Assembly (NCBI RefSeq): GCF_004010195.1
Contig: NC_057719.1
Location: 53,749,282 to 53,781,993, forward strand
From: Chiloscyllium plagiosum
Taxonomy: Eukaryota
Direction: 5' to 3'
Length of the DNA stretch: 32,712 nucleotides
Shown here: piece by piece, positions 1 to 13,199 of the stretch
Position numbering within the stretch: the stretch's first letter is position 1
Layout of the letters: every line of letters begins with the position of its first letter
The notes under the pieces: model-generated
The model's database searches: none
Seen by the model: the letters and a program-made list of their open reading frames with translations, nothing else
What the model was told of the DNA's origin: nothing
Position numbers and translations under genes: made by a program

Positions 1-238
1 ATTGGAGAACACAATAGAAACATGAATGACTTACTAAATGCATGCTAATAGTTTCATAGAGGCTTCAGAATATTATTGGGTACAGTGATTTAAAATAAGT
101 TTTGTAGAATGATATGACTTTTTCATATAGTAAACTAACCACATTTTTCACGAAATAATCCAAAAGTTTGAATGATCAGAAATCTTTACTTCAGGAATAG
201 AAGGCCAACATTGCAATCAAAGTCAGGACACCTTCAAT

Positions 239-340
239 GTTCTGAGAAAACGGTCACTAGACCCAAAACATAAACTCTGTACTCTCTCCACAGATGCTGC
301 CAGGGCTGTTGATAGTTTCCCGATTTTGTTTCTGAGTTCC
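239..340 (+). mobile_element. PLE-derived repeat arm (family A) with degenerate hammerhead core
   Basis: gtt-ctgagaa-aacggtcactagaccc-aaaa-cataaactctgt...ctctccacagatgctgccag; similar to the copies at 14261, 28652 and 30784. Confidence 0.65.
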
Positions 341-377
341 AATTTTGTTTTAGTGAGTTTTTGCTGGAATTTTTAAA

Positions 378-572
378 ATGCATTCATGGGATGAGGGTGT
401 CACTGGCTAGGCCAGCATATATTGCCTGTCCCTAATTGCCCAGAGGGTAGTTAAGGGTCAGCCACATTGCTGAGGGTCTGAAGTCACATGTAGGCCAGAC
501 CAAGTAAGGATAGCAGTTTCCTTCCCTAAAGAACATTAGTGAATCAGATGTTTTTTTCCCAACAATCAGCAA
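378..572 (-). mobile_element. SINE fragment with an L2/CR1-group LINE-derived 3' tail
   Basis: cattcatgggatgagggtgtcactggctaggccagcatatattgcctgtccctaattgccc is reverse-complement similar to the LINE 3' end at about 31305-31365; the body resembles a common shark SINE (from memory). Confidence 0.65.
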
Positions 573-2253
573 CTGCAGAACATATTTGAGCATTTTAATG
601 TCAGATACAATCTCCTGCCTTGAACCATAAATCTGTATCCCTGGTCCTTGTACTATCAACTAATGGGAATAATGTTTCTTTCTCTACTTTACTTAAATCT
701 GTCATAATCATGTACATCCAAGATATAATCTCAATCTCCTTACTCAAGCCAACTTTTTTGGCTAATAATTTTGCTAGTCCTAGTAACCAAAGCAAATCTG
801 TTCCAAAACATTTAATGTAGAAGAATGACTGTGATATTATGTATCTATTTTCCTATTGTCATTTTTCAGGATTTAGTGGAAAAGTCGACTAAAACCTGCT
901 TCTGCCTTCCACCAATGATATTTCATGAAGATATGTACACTTAGTTTATGGGAAACTGAAAATAGCTATAAGAGAAAACTAAAAATCAAAAAATATAACT
1001 TTTCAAGGTATACAGTAAAATTAGATATTTAATTGATGTGAGTTATTTTCCCAATGCATTCAGTTTTTTGAAACATATCTATCTGCTGTGTGCTAAAATG
1101 TAAAAACAATATACGTAGATCAGAACAACGTGTACAGATGGCAGTATGGAGAGCTCATCTGTGCTCTTATTGCTAACAGAAGATTATTTTTGTCTCCAGT
1201 TTCCACTGCTTCTACTTATCCACTCCCTACCAAGGACTATGATCATGAATAATACATCCCAGCATAGCATGAAAAATTCATAACACATCCTTCTACACCA
1301 ATTTACTCTTCCAAGCAGTGAAATGAGCAGTTCGAAAAGAGACAGAGGCTGGAATACATCGCAGAATAATGGCCTTTCCCTGTTGTAATACCCAGATCAA
1401 TAGGGCAATATCCCAGGAAAGGTTTCAGGTGGCCAAGACAATTAAGCACAATCCAGTCAATTAATTACATTGGGAAACTTGGTTTAACTGCAGTCCTGAC
1501 TGAATACATTTCCAAACAGCTTTTGATAACAGCAATTTGGATTAACATAAAACATATCTAAATGCTGATGAAAAGGTTAAGAAAAATATAATTGGGATTA
1601 GAATTGTTTATATTAGAGCATGGCGTATTACTGGTGATTTTAAGCTCTTACAAGAATTACTGCAGATGGGAAAATGGATTGTGAACCAAATGCACGTTAT
1701 CAAAGGATCATTGAGTTATCGAGCCATTGTCAAGCCAGAACTTTTTAAATGTTTGTTGTCTTGAAATAGGTATTGATAGGAAATACTGTTGTTAAGAGAA
1801 TCACCAAATATTTTAGCCACAATTTCCATAAAGGTCTCATTAACTCTTCTGCTGACTCATAGAGTAATTGTGAAAGTCATTTATAGAAGAATTAATATTG
1901 CTTGATTCCAAGTGCTCACAATGTAAAAATAGCGAAATAATGTACTTTAACTCAATAAATTTGAGAAATGGCAAGTTTAAAATCACTGTCAACAGCACCA
2001 TTTGCCAGCTGGAATTCCAGTTAAATTAATGATCATAATTATATCCAAAAGTTGGGACAGCTGGTGGCCATTAAGCTACTTATTTACTATTCAGAACAAA
2101 TAATTTAGCAACCATGTTTTACCACTAAGCTGATTGCTATCTGAGCATTATAGAGTAAACAAAACATGACCATTACAAATGACCTGAACTAAACTTGGGC
2201 ACTGTATTAGATTCTGTATAGCATAACTCTTCAGATTCCATAGTGCAATAGAT

Positions 2254-2385
2254 TAAGACCATAAGACTATAAGACATAGGAGCGGAAGTAAGGCCATTCG
2301 GCCCATCGAGTCCACTCCGCCATTCAATCATGGCTGAGGGGCATTTCAACTCCACTTACCCGCATTCTCCCTGTAGTCCTTAATT
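2254..2385 (-). mobile_element. CR1 LINE 3' end, 5'-truncated
   Basis: (a)taagac(c/t)-type repeat tail followed by aggccattcggcccatcgag, the reverse complement of the CR1 3'UTR terminal hairpin. Confidence 0.8.
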
Positions 2386-4754
2386 TGTTCTTAAATCTCA
2401 GTTATACTATTATTCCCAACATACTATAACTTCAGAGTGTAGCTCTCCTTCTTTTACAAACTGTTAAGTCAGAAATAGGTCATGGAAGAAAGGAAGTAGG
2501 CAACAACAAAAGCCCAAGACCACTTTCTGAAGAAGATACGACAACAGACGCAGTTACACCTGACAAGATTTCAAATTATTCTACTGAGTATGTTCAAAGC
2601 CTATCTAAATTGGAAAATGGATTCATATAACCAAATTTCCAAGGCCTCATTCTTTATCCCCATTCAATTAAAGCAAATACTCAAGTAACATGTGTTCTGA
2701 ACTCAGCAACGTTTATTTCAAAGCCAGAAATGATGTATGAAAAAATTAAAAGGTATATCTAAACCTTATGAATGTATAATTGAGAAAGCTTGTTCTAAAC
2801 AGCAAATACCTTGAAATGATAGCATAATTTAATTTAACCATGGCTTCGGTTCTCTGATTGGAAGGTAGTCATTATGGCAACACGCCCTGAAAGATTCATT
2901 GCGGAATCCCTCAGAAATCCCGACATGACAACTATGCAGAAATTGTCCAGCAAGTTCAACCTTGCAGCGAGCAATGATTTGACCTCTAGAATCCTCCAAA
3001 AAATGTCTCCAACTCTGAATTAGAGTTAGAGACTTGGATTGTTCTACCTTACTTTTTGGTAGTTAGTCAGGGAAAGTTAGAGGGTTAAAACTCGGTCCAG
3101 CTCTTCTGCCCCTACGCCTTGCATTGATGTGACCTAACCTCAACACCTTCTCTGTCCCCTAGCATAAACCTTTCAACACCACCTTCTGCCACTGCAAATC
3201 TTGCCCCTTGACTCAACCTGACACCCTGGATCCGATTCTCCCCAACTTATTCTACATCCCCTCACTCTCCTGCCCCCTACATATCCTGTCCCAGCTAACC
3301 CTACTACCGTCACTGATTTGCCATCCTATTCTTGTCACCACTTAACACCCAACCTCTCTCATCTGCTTACCACCCTCTCTTTCTCATCCACCTAACTTAC
3401 ACTCTTAACTTGCCTCTGTAACTCGTCAAAGTGCCTTTGCAACCTTGAAAGTCCAAAATATTTTAGCTAGTGCAGTAAAAATCCAGTGATAATCTTACAC
3501 TGCAAGGATCAACTTCCCAAAAAGATATAATCCACATTTCACAAGAGGACCCTTTCGGAAGTATGGGCCAAAAATACAGAGGTATTTGATATAGTAGATT
3601 TGAAGGAGTGGAGTGGCAATTCGCTGGTGGCTGCCAGGATTCAGAAGAGTTGTCACCATTCACAATAAATTCTTGATACTGTTGAACCTCTATATTAGCA
3701 TGATACCTGAATGTGATTATGGCCATATAAGTAGCAGCGCTGTTCCAAACTCCACAATCTTGTCAATTCACAGACCGGTGCTGCCTACCCTAGTTTAACT
3801 TTGGATTATAATTTAAATTTAAACTTTAATTAAGGGAGCTTGCTAGTTGAATTTGGATCAATGCCTACCTTAGAGGATATAATATATAGTCTGCTGTAGC
3901 TTATCCTAGAGACTATACTGTATTTTTCTTAAATTTTCAGACATCAAGCTGGCAATTCTGAACCAGCGTCATCAATGATGTGGAGGTCACTCTGAGTATG
4001 AGAAATACAATGGATTCTAATATTGTGAAGCTCTAGTCTCAACTCATCCTACGCGACTGGTTTTGAACAGGGCATGCACTATGATTACTCAAGACTGCAA
4101 TCTGCCAGCTATTGCAACAGGAATCTGTTAGAAAGATGGAACAATTTCACATCCATTATTAAATGAGATAATTTTGAATTGAATTTTGGCTCAATTTAAT
4201 CATGAATGAGTTAATTTTATTGCTTGATTTAAGGTTATATTTGTCCAGGTAGAAATTCATTGCAAGTATCCATGCAGGTCATTCTATGAAATAAAGAATA
4301 TTATTTTGTGATCCCTCTGCAGTGAGCATTTCCTCATGGATTTGACACACCTGCTGTACTCTTCAAGTCTAATCGTAAGAGTTCTGACAAGATAACTACA
4401 GGAATTTGAATGTCAAATTGAAGCATTAAATTTCTATTGGAGCTTTACTGAAAATGTCTAGCTACCCTGAATTATTTAAGGATAATGCTAGTATCCGCTT
4501 AGACAATTCTCATATCAAAATGCATTCAATGCAACAACTGTCAGTCTAGACAACACTTCTTCACTCACAACGTTGCATTGCTTCACAATACAATTCCCCA
4601 GTAGCAAGTAATTTTTATCACAGTTGCACTTAAAAAATGTGGAAATTAAATATTAATAGAACAAGCTTTAAAACGTTCAAAACTCCTAATTGCCTTCCTT
4701 TAGCGATGACTACGTAGAACATTTAGCAGACAGCAAAGAAAAAGAGAGTATAAA

Positions 4755-4975
4755 TTTATAAAGCACTGTTCAGGCCTCAGAATATCCAGTGCTTTGCATG
4801 CAATAAACACTTTTAAGCGTAGCAACTGTTGTAATATAAGCAGTCACAGCAGTCAATTTGTACAAACAGCCCACTGCTTTGAAGTGTCAGCATAGATTAT
4901 GTGCTCATGAACACTACAGCTTGAATCTATGATCTTCCAATTGAGAGACACAAGTCTTACAATTGAGATTTGGCT
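4755..4975 (-). mobile_element. Degraded DeuSINE/SacSINE1-like SINE with an internal deletion
   Basis: gtgtcagcatagattatgtgctca...cttgaatc is a tRNA-head/B-box remnant on the minus strand; actgttgtaatataag...cagcagtcaattt is shared with 21275-21490. Confidence 0.55.
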
Positions 4976-5597
4976 GAACACTGTGGGAGAATAAAGGAGA
5001 AAAAATTATCCTGTTAATCAGAGGCAAAATTTGGCCTAAAACAGATGTGGGAAGAGGAGGGAATAGCCATTCTGATAATTTCCTTTTTTTTTGGGAGGGG
5101 AGGAGGGTTGTGGAATTCTTGTTAATCCACTCTTCCCTGTGACTTTCTGAATGTTGAGTGATAAGGATAAAACATCATCACAAAATTTAGATTCCTGTTC
5201 AATTAGTTCCTTTAAAAAATCTGTTTTTTTCTTCAAATTCCTGCTGTAAGATCATTTGAAGAGGTTTTTCATGTGAATACTGATGTACTGACCAATAATC
5301 AGCCTCACCGTATGCAATAAATCATTTTATTTCTGTCCAGTTGTGTCCAGATTTCACCTCATTCTGAATGGTGCTGTGGGTGACCAGGGTGGACTGAGGC
5401 TGTCAGAGGCCTCATTGGATAAAGAGGGGAAGAGTTAAGGATGTTTGGGGTCCATAAGCACTAACAGCTGGAAATATTTTCCTGTTGTAACAAGGTAACA
5501 AGAATAAAAGAAACACTTAGTAAACCAGTAGAAGTGAATTGACTAGATTTGTCCACATCAAATAATTGTAAGAGATCAACACAAGTACTTACCTTCT

Positions 5598-5937
5598 TCA
5601 TAGAATCCCGACAGTGTGGAAACTGTCCAACAAGTCTTTGGCCCAACAAGTCTACACTGACCCTCCAAAGAGTAACCCACCCAGACCAATTCCCCTACTC
5701 TGTATTTACCCCTGACTAATGCACCTTATCTACACATTCCTGAACACTCTGGGCAATTTAGTATGGCCAATTCACCTAACCTGCACATCTTTGGATTGTG
5801 GGAGGAAACCAGAGCACCTGGAGGAAACCCACAAAGACATGGGGAGAATGTGGAAACTCCACAGATATTCACCCTAGGTTAGAATTGAACCCAGGTCTCT
5901 GTCGCTGTGAGGCAGCAGTGCTAACCACTGAGCCACC
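5598..5937 (-). mobile_element. HE1-type V-SINE, near full length
   Basis: Minus strand: A box TGGCTCAGTGG and B box GGTTCAATTC; V-domain gggtttcctccaggtgctctggtttcctcccacaatccaaagatgtgcaggttagg; CR1/HER1-like tail ending gattctatga. Confidence 0.92.
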
Positions 5938-5940
5938 AGG

Positions 5941-6033
5941 AATGATGAAGTGCTTATGCCTGAAATGTCGACTCTTCTGCTCCTTGGATGCTGCCTGACC
6001 TGCTGTTATTTTCCAGTGCCACACCTTTTGACT
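5941..6033 (+). mobile_element. PLE-derived repeat arm (family A variant) with degenerate hammerhead core
   Basis: atgatga-agtgcttatgcct-gaaa-tgtc-gactc...gatgctgcctgacctgctg...ttccag; directly abuts the SINE head. Confidence 0.65.
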
Positions 6034-8304
6034 TTCACCTTCTTCCCCATCCACCAATAAAATATTAAGTGATATCAACTGCTCGAAGACAGTGACAAAA
6101 ATTACAGCAATTGTTGCCAATATGAAAAATGCAGAAGTTCAAATTCAAAGAATTAAATTGTAAAAAGTGGGTTGTGTCAGTCAAAGAACTGGTTTGGGTT
6201 TGTAGGGAGAGGATTGTAGGGGTAGGGTTTGGCAATATGGATGCAGGGGAATTATGATAAATGCTAAAGATGAAGAGGTCTAGCTGAATTTAACAGCAGG
6301 AATTTATATTCATTTTACTCTTTGGTTTCCTGTTTGGCAGTCAGCTCTCAATATTGGGCCCCAGTTTGGGGATTGTTCCTGACAAGTGGTGAAGGTCAGA
6401 CACGGTTTTGCTGGGGCTTTGCTGGGAACTAGAAACCATTAAAAGGGAGTGTTTGGGTTGGTAGCCGAGGGAAATCACACTGGTAACTGTTAATTTAAAT
6501 TATCTCCACTGTGGGAGCCTGAATTAAATAGTTTAATGAAGTCAATTTCTCTAAAAAGGGAATGCAGTCACCAGCAGCATAAAAAGGCAGTAAGCATATA
6601 AAAGAAGGATTCAGGCTGCATTGCTTGATTTAACCTCTCCCCCAACCTCCCCCCACCCCCCACCCCTTCACAATCCTCTTCAATTTATTGCAAATATCTT
6701 GACACCAGCAAAAAATGCAGAAAGAAAACAATACTCTGGTCTTCGACAGGAACTCAAACCTTCAGGAAAATGAGCTACCGCTCAAGACTGCTATCTTTAC
6801 CTTTACTTTTCCTACACTTGAGCAATCCTTTCAAATGACAGATCATGAGGATGCAGAGCACGATTGCATTGCAGTTCATTTGCTTCTTCACGACTGTGTC
6901 AATTTTCAGCAGATGAGCCAAACACAGAAGATGGCTAAGGATATAGTGATGAGACTGCAGGAATGCTTAATATATTTGTTTGTAAAAATAAATGTTATTG
7001 GAAGAGGCTGATGTTTAGGGACTTTGGTTCAAAGTGGGGCTGTTGAACACAATCTTAAATTTGCCACACACATTTGAATAGATTAGAGGGTGAAAACATG
7101 AAAACAGCCATCTTCCACATAGGCTAGGTTAACAATGAAGGGAATGTTAGCACTATAATATAAAAAGAGATGTTTAATCAAGCTTAAACAGTTTCAGGAT
7201 ATAGTCAACCAAAGGACAATCCTTCTCTGAATTTATGGAAATGCAGTCAGCCATAATCAAAGTAGATCACCGGTAAGTTTCAGCCAGCAGTGCCAAGAAA
7301 TTGGAATTTGGATCAAATCCCATTTTCTGAAAGCTAGGAGAATTAGCACATGTAGGTCTTCAGCTTTGTGGTTATTGTTCAAGGTGCACTTTGGTCTGGC
7401 ATTGTAACATCATCAATTACTTTCTCATTCCCCAATTTCTTCAGTATCAGTTGAATCTTTTGAAGAGGGACAATCACAGTCAAATTGCCACTTCGCTGGT
7501 TTTTTTTTATTGTTTTGTACGTCACAGCTCCTGATTAATAGCAGTATAAATTCCCCTCCCCCAATTAAATAAATATCTTTCCATACTTGTTTGGTTCTAT
7601 CCCTCTCCATGGCTATGTGGTCACTGTCACCGAAATGAAGGCAGAAAAATCACATAAGGGATGGGAAGAGAGGAGGGTAGGTCTGAGGGAAGGCGGAAAT
7701 TGGAGGCAATGTTAGTACATTTCCCATTGCTGGGCAAGCCAGATATGGCAAGTTGAATCAGTCGTGGGCTACACTGTCAATGGGGAGTTGGGTCAAGTTG
7801 AGGCTGCTGAGCCAATCTTGGTAATGGACTTTGAATTTCCCCACCAAGAGTATATTCTATGTCCCAGCTAATTCCAACTGATGCTCAACATGAAGTATTG
7901 ATTCATCAGCCAAGACGAGTCCAGTAGCTGATATGTGTGCAAGATGTCTACTTCTGCTTGTTTGACCTGATGTCAGGAAACTACTAGGGTCCAGTCAATA
8001 CTTAGGACTTTCAGGACAGCTGTCTCCTGACTCTATTATCTGCCACTACGTCTGGCATGAGGAGGTGGTGGAGGAGTCTGGCATATTCTCCTCAGACTAG
8101 TTTAACATTTATCGACAAGCAGCAGGTGAACTCAAGTTAGAGATCAAAGAATAGGTGAAAAAATAAAGGGAGTGGAAGTCATTGTAGTGGAAGGCAAAAG
8201 CTTAGTTTCAAAATAATGGCAGAATAAAAGTCAGATCTAAATGAAAACAAAATCAAGAAAGCAAGATATAGAAACTGGGGCAAGAAAAAAATCAAAACAA
8301 AGGA

Positions 8305-8517
8305 GTAAATTCATGACCCAGAAGGCTGTGAAGTGCCTGAGCAATAAATGAGTGCTGTTCTTTCACCTTGCATTGGGCCTCGCTGCAATAGAGTGACAGG
8401 CCTGAGACAAGATTCTGAACATGAGAACAGGATTATGTATTGAAATAGCAATTGACTAGAGGGAAGGGACCAGGTTTACTGAGCTGCAGTGTGCTGCAAA
8501 GCAGACACCAAGTCTGA
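8305..8517 (-). mobile_element. Penelope-like element remnant (GIY-YIG endonuclease C-terminal half)
   Basis: Minus translation with frameshifts gives RLGVCFAAH...YFN..SCSH...SGL...SEAQCKVKEQH, resembling PLE RLGDRFAEH...HFN...SEAQRKLEEQHLIFRLGTLQPSGLN. Confidence 0.7.
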
Positions 8518-8710
8518 GGTTGGGTGGGGTTGGCGACGGGGGAGGGATCTTCTATTGAGTGTTATGGACCAGGCCAAACCCCCTCAAAACATTTCAAGAA
8601 AGTGGTCCAAAGTTAGTGATCCTAAACTTTCCTAGTAACTATTAAGTGAAGTAAATCTTTGAAGTCCCCAACTGGAATCCATAGTATTTTGTAGGATTCC
8701 AGGTGTGTGT

Positions 8711-9072
8711 TTTCTTCTTTCTTTGGCAGTCCCACAGGATTGAGGATGACTTGCTTTCACTCGGGGGTTGGTGATGAGTCCTGCAGTGAATGAATAGTCC
8801 AATCCTGGAGCCGCAAACTCTGCCATGGGAGAGGCAGATGGTGTTTGAGGTTGGTGCGAGTCTCTGGATTCTCATTCCACTGCTTGTGCTTGGCCTCCAT
8901 TTGCTCCACTCAGTGATGCTCTATGTGGTTGGTGCCTTTAGGAATGCTTCTTCTTCTGGTTGCGTGTTCCAAGGGAATTGATTTCCATGTGTCGGAGGGG
9001 ATGTCATATTCATTTAAGCAAGGTTTAAAGGTGTTGTTGTAGCAATTGCTCTGCCATTCCCATGATCTCTTA
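8711..9072 (-). mobile_element. RTE-clade LINE 3' end
   Basis: KRSWEWQ..NTFKPCLNEYDIPSDTWKS...RRRSI, a degenerate C2H2 finger CLSHGRVCGSRIGLFIHCRTH and an (aag)n-like tail. Confidence 0.85.
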
Positions 9073-11459
9073 GGGTTCAGATGGAAAAAAATTATTAAGT
9101 GTGTATAAGAAAACTTTCTGAGTCGGTATGTGGATGTACCTAATGGAGAAGGTGCAAACCTTGACCTATTCTTGGAAAATAAGGCAGGGCAGGTGACGGT
9201 GTCAGTGGGGGAGCACTTTGGGCCAGCGACCATAATTCCATTAGTTTAAAATAATGATGGAAAAGGATAGACCAGATCTAACAGTTGAAGTCCTAAATTG
9301 GAAAGAGGCAAATTTTGATGGCATTAGGCAAGAACTTTCAAAAGCTGATTGGGTGCAGGTGTTTGCAGGTAAAGGGACAGCTGGAAAATGGGAAGCCTTC
9401 AGAAATAAGATAACGAGAGTCCAGAGACAGTATATTCCTGTCAGGGTGAAAGGAAAGGCTGATAGGTATAGGGAATGCTGGGTGACTAAAGAAATTGAGG
9501 GTTTGGTTAAGAAAAAGAAGGAAGCATATAGGCAGCAGAGACCAAGCGAATCCTTAGAGTATAAAGGCAGTAGAAGCATACTTAACATGAAAATCAGGAG
9601 GGCAAAAAGGGGCCATGAGATAGCTTTGGCAAATTAGCTTAAGGCAAATCCAAATCATTTTTAGAAGTACATTAAACACAAAACGGTAACTAGGGAGAGA
9701 ATACAGCTCCTCAACGATCAGCAAGGCAGCCTTTGTGTGGAGCTGCAGGTGATAGGATAGATACTAAACAAATATTTTGCATCAGTGTTTCCAATGGAGA
9801 AGGACACGGAAGATATGGAATGTAGGGAAATGGATGGTGACATCGTGAAAACTGTCTATATTACAGATGAGGAGGTCCTGGATGTCTTGAAGCACATGAA
9901 AATGGATAAATCCTAGGACCTGATCAGGTGTACCCGAGAACTCTGTGGGAAGCTCGAAAAGTGATTGCTGGGCGCTTTGCTGAGATATTTGTATCATTAA
10001 TAGTCACAGGTGAGGTGCTGGAAGACTGGAGATTGGCTGACATAGTGCCACTATTTAAGAAAGATTGTAAGGAAAAGCCAGGGAATGATAGACCAGTGAG
10101 CCTGACATCGGTGGTGGGCAAGTTGTTGGTGGGAATCCTGAGAGATAGGGTATACATGTATTTGGAAAAGCAAGGACTGATTAAGGATAGTTAGTACAGC
10201 TTTGTGCATGGGAAATCATGTCTAACAAACTTGATTACATTTTTTGAAGAAATAACAAAGAGGATTGATGAGGGCAAAACAGTGGACATGATCTATATGG
10301 ACTTCAGGTAAGGCGTTCGACAAGGTTCCTCATGGGAGACTGCTGAGCAAGGTTAGATCTTATGGAATACAGGGAATACTAGCCATTTGGACACAGAACT
10401 GGCTCAAAGGTAGAAGACAAAGCTGGTGGTGGAGGGTTGTTTTTCAGACTGGAGGCCTGTGACCAGTGGTGTGCCACAAGGATTGGTGCTGGGTCCACTA
10501 CTTTTCATTATTTATATAAATGATTTGGATCTGAACATAGGAGGTATATTTAGTAAGTTTGCATGTGACACCAAAATTGGGATTATAGTGGACGGTGAAG
10601 AAAGTTACCTCAGAATACAACAGGATCTTGATCATCTGAGTAAATGGACCGAGGAGTGGCAGATGGAGTTTAATTTAGACAAATGTGAGGTGCTGCATTT
10701 TAGAAAAGCAAATCTTAGCAGGATTTATACATTTAGTGGCAAGGTCCTAGGGAGTGTTGCTGAACAAAGAGACCTTGGAGTAAGAGTCATAGTTCTTTGA
10801 AAATAGTTGTAGGTAGATAGGATAGTGAAGAAGGTGTTTGGTATGCTTTCTTTTATTGGTTAGAGCATTGAGTTAAGGAGTTGGGAGGTCATGTTATGGC
10901 TGTACAGGTCATTGGTTAGGCCACTGTTGGAATATTGCATGCAATTCTGGTCTTCTTCCTATTGGAAGGATGTTATGAAACTTGAAAGGGTTCAGAAAAG
11001 ATTTACAAGAATGTTGTCAGGGTTGGAGGGTTCGAGTTATAGGGAAAGGCTGAATAGGCTGGGGCTGTTTTCCCTGGAGTGTCAGAGTCTGAAGGATAAC
11101 TTTATAGAGGTTTATAAAATCATGAGGGGCAGGGATATGACAAATAGAGATGTTCTTTTCTCTGGAGTGGGGGAGTCCAGAACTAGAAGGCATAGGTGAG
11201 AGCATAAAGTTATAAAAGGGACCTAAGGGGCAATCCTTTCATGCAGAGAGGGTGGTGCATAATGAACTGCCAGAGGAAGTGATGGAGGCTAGTACAATTA
11301 CAGCATTTAAAAGGCATCTGGATATATGAATAGGAAGGGTTTAGAGGGATATGGATCAAGTGCTGGCAAATGGGACTAGATTGGGTTAGGATATCTGGTC
11401 GGCATGGACGAGTTTGACAAAAGGGTCTTTTTCCATGTTGTCCATCTCTATGACTCTAC
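9073..11459 (+). mobile_element. CR1/HER1 LINE, 5'-truncated, ORF2 pseudogene (APE C-terminus plus RT), inserted in the RTE
   Basis: KPGNDRPVSLTSVVGKLL, SGVPQGLVLGPLLFIIYINDL, FACDTK, WQMEFNLDKC, LVRPLLEYC; multiple stops and frameshifts; ends catctctatgactcta; candidate TSD ctctta at 9067-9072 and 11460-11465. Confidence 0.95.
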
Positions 11460-11790
11460 CTCTTACTGTTGTGGAGTAGAGCACTTGGTCAGAGAGTCTC
11501 GCGTCAGGCATGTGGACAACATGGCCCATTCTTTGCAGCTGGTCATGTGTGAGCATTGCCTCGATCCTGACGATATTGGCCTGGGAGAGGATACTTATGT
11601 TGATACTTCTATCCTGCCAGTAGAGTAGCAGGATTTTGAGAATGTAGCACTGGTGATAACTGTCTGGGAATTTGAGATGCAGGTTTACACATTCCATAGT
11701 TCTGATGTATGGAGTCCACAGCTGCTCTGGAGATCATGAGCTTGGTGCTGGGTGTGAGATATTCAAGTTCATACACTCTATCCCTCTGGC
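11460..11790 (-). mobile_element. RTE-clade LINE, upstream part of the split element
   Basis: HQCYILKILLLYWQDRSINISILSQANIVRIEAMLTHDQLQRMGHVVHMPDARLSDQVLYS continues into the KRSW segment at 9072; the far boundary is uncertain. Confidence 0.85.
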
Positions 11791-13199
11791 ATTTGAAGGG
11801 TTCTTGCCCATCAGAAGCTTAAACATTCTGGGCAATAACCATCTCATCAGGGATTTCCAAGAGGTCCCAAATTGCTTCTATCAGGGTATCTCTGGTCTGC
11901 AGCTACCCAGAGTCTGGATGATCTGGCCCAGAGCTGATCAATACAGCTACTTATCCACAGGGTTCATTCAGAAACCCACAACCCTCAAATGGTCGACCGT
12001 TCACCAAGTATTCACAGCAAAATTGATTTCAAAGTAGGCTCGAGTGACATGAGCAGGGAACTTAAACAATCAGGAATTGTATTATGACATATTATACTTG
12101 AATTCCTTTCACATTTAATTGGGATTTTTATGCAATGTTTTAACCTATTCCCAGCATTGTCAACCTTCTCTGGAAACAATGACCTCCATTTGATTTGATG
12201 ATTGAGGTGCAATTGCCTTCTGGTTTAATTGGATTATTAGACATGTTACCATGGTTAAACTTGTATCTCCAGAGAGACTACTTGGAAATAACATCAGCAA
12301 AGCAACACATTAGATTAAAGTAACAACTTGCAAGTGTTGTAGTATACATTTGACAAGAGAATTTGCATATGCACAATTGTCTCCAAGCTTTTTCATGCTG
12401 CATTGAGACTCGCTTTGAAAATAAGAAAGAAGTTAAAACAGGGAAAAAATGATTTACAGAAAAGGCAGTGCCAATGCAGAATGGGCTACCTGAATTAATC
12501 TTCTGTCAGTGTCTGGTCACATTCTTGGAATCGCTTTGCTCTGTTAAAAAAAAACTGCAATTTTATTTTCTGTTTTATATATATCATCACCTGTTTATTA
12601 TTTTATGACATATATCCTGTCACTTGTTTTGTATGTGGTGTTGATTAAAATAGAGTGGGAGCAATAACTCAAGGATGAGAGGTAGCTGGAGGAAAAACTG
12701 TCTGGTGATTAGTCTATGTTGAATGGAAGTAAGGAAGAAGAGAAAACTGCTGGGAGGTAAAAATAACCAGCTGAAAAATCTGACTTCTGTACTGCAAGAA
12801 TAAGGTAAATAAGATGATGGGACGTTGCTCTGGATGAAAAATGTATGCAATTCTAAGCATCATAAGAGGATAGGAGAATGATTTGATAAATATGACAGAG
12901 AGGTGTAATTAGTGTCTTGCAAAATGAAACAAATAAAATAAAAGCAAAGGTCTGTGCAGAAGGATGGACAGTTTACTTTAATTAAATACTTAAACCTCAG
13001 TTTCTGCTTTTCTTTAAAACTTTAAAGTGGTTATTAAGTGGTTATTAAAATGGTTGAAACTTTTGGTGTGGTTAAATTGTAGTTGAAGTTCCAATTCAGT
13101 AAGATGTTCATATGAGATAAGGCATCATATCCAGTGGCACATACAACGCCCTAGGTTACAGGTGGCATACGAGACATGGCTCTGGGTCCCATGCTTTAT

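Noticed and set aside
1320..1450. Very old CR1 RT fragment (also about 7040-7260 and 12000-12190)
   Set aside because: Similarity is too degraded to support by eye
3120..3420. C-rich strand-biased tract
   Set aside because: Low complexity with no definable unit or termini
5875..5937. tRNA gene
   Set aside because: The A and B boxes belong to the SINE head and are followed by the V-domain and LINE tail
6715..7011. 98-aa plus-strand ORF as a host gene
   Set aside because: No recognisable domain or supporting exon structure
7515..7570. Promoter-like CRE half-site plus TATAAA
   Set aside because: Short motifs expected by chance, with no downstream gene evidence
8560..8705. LTR start (tgttatggaccaggcc)
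   Set aside because: It resembles a shark LTR from memory, but I could not find a matching end, PBS or TSD
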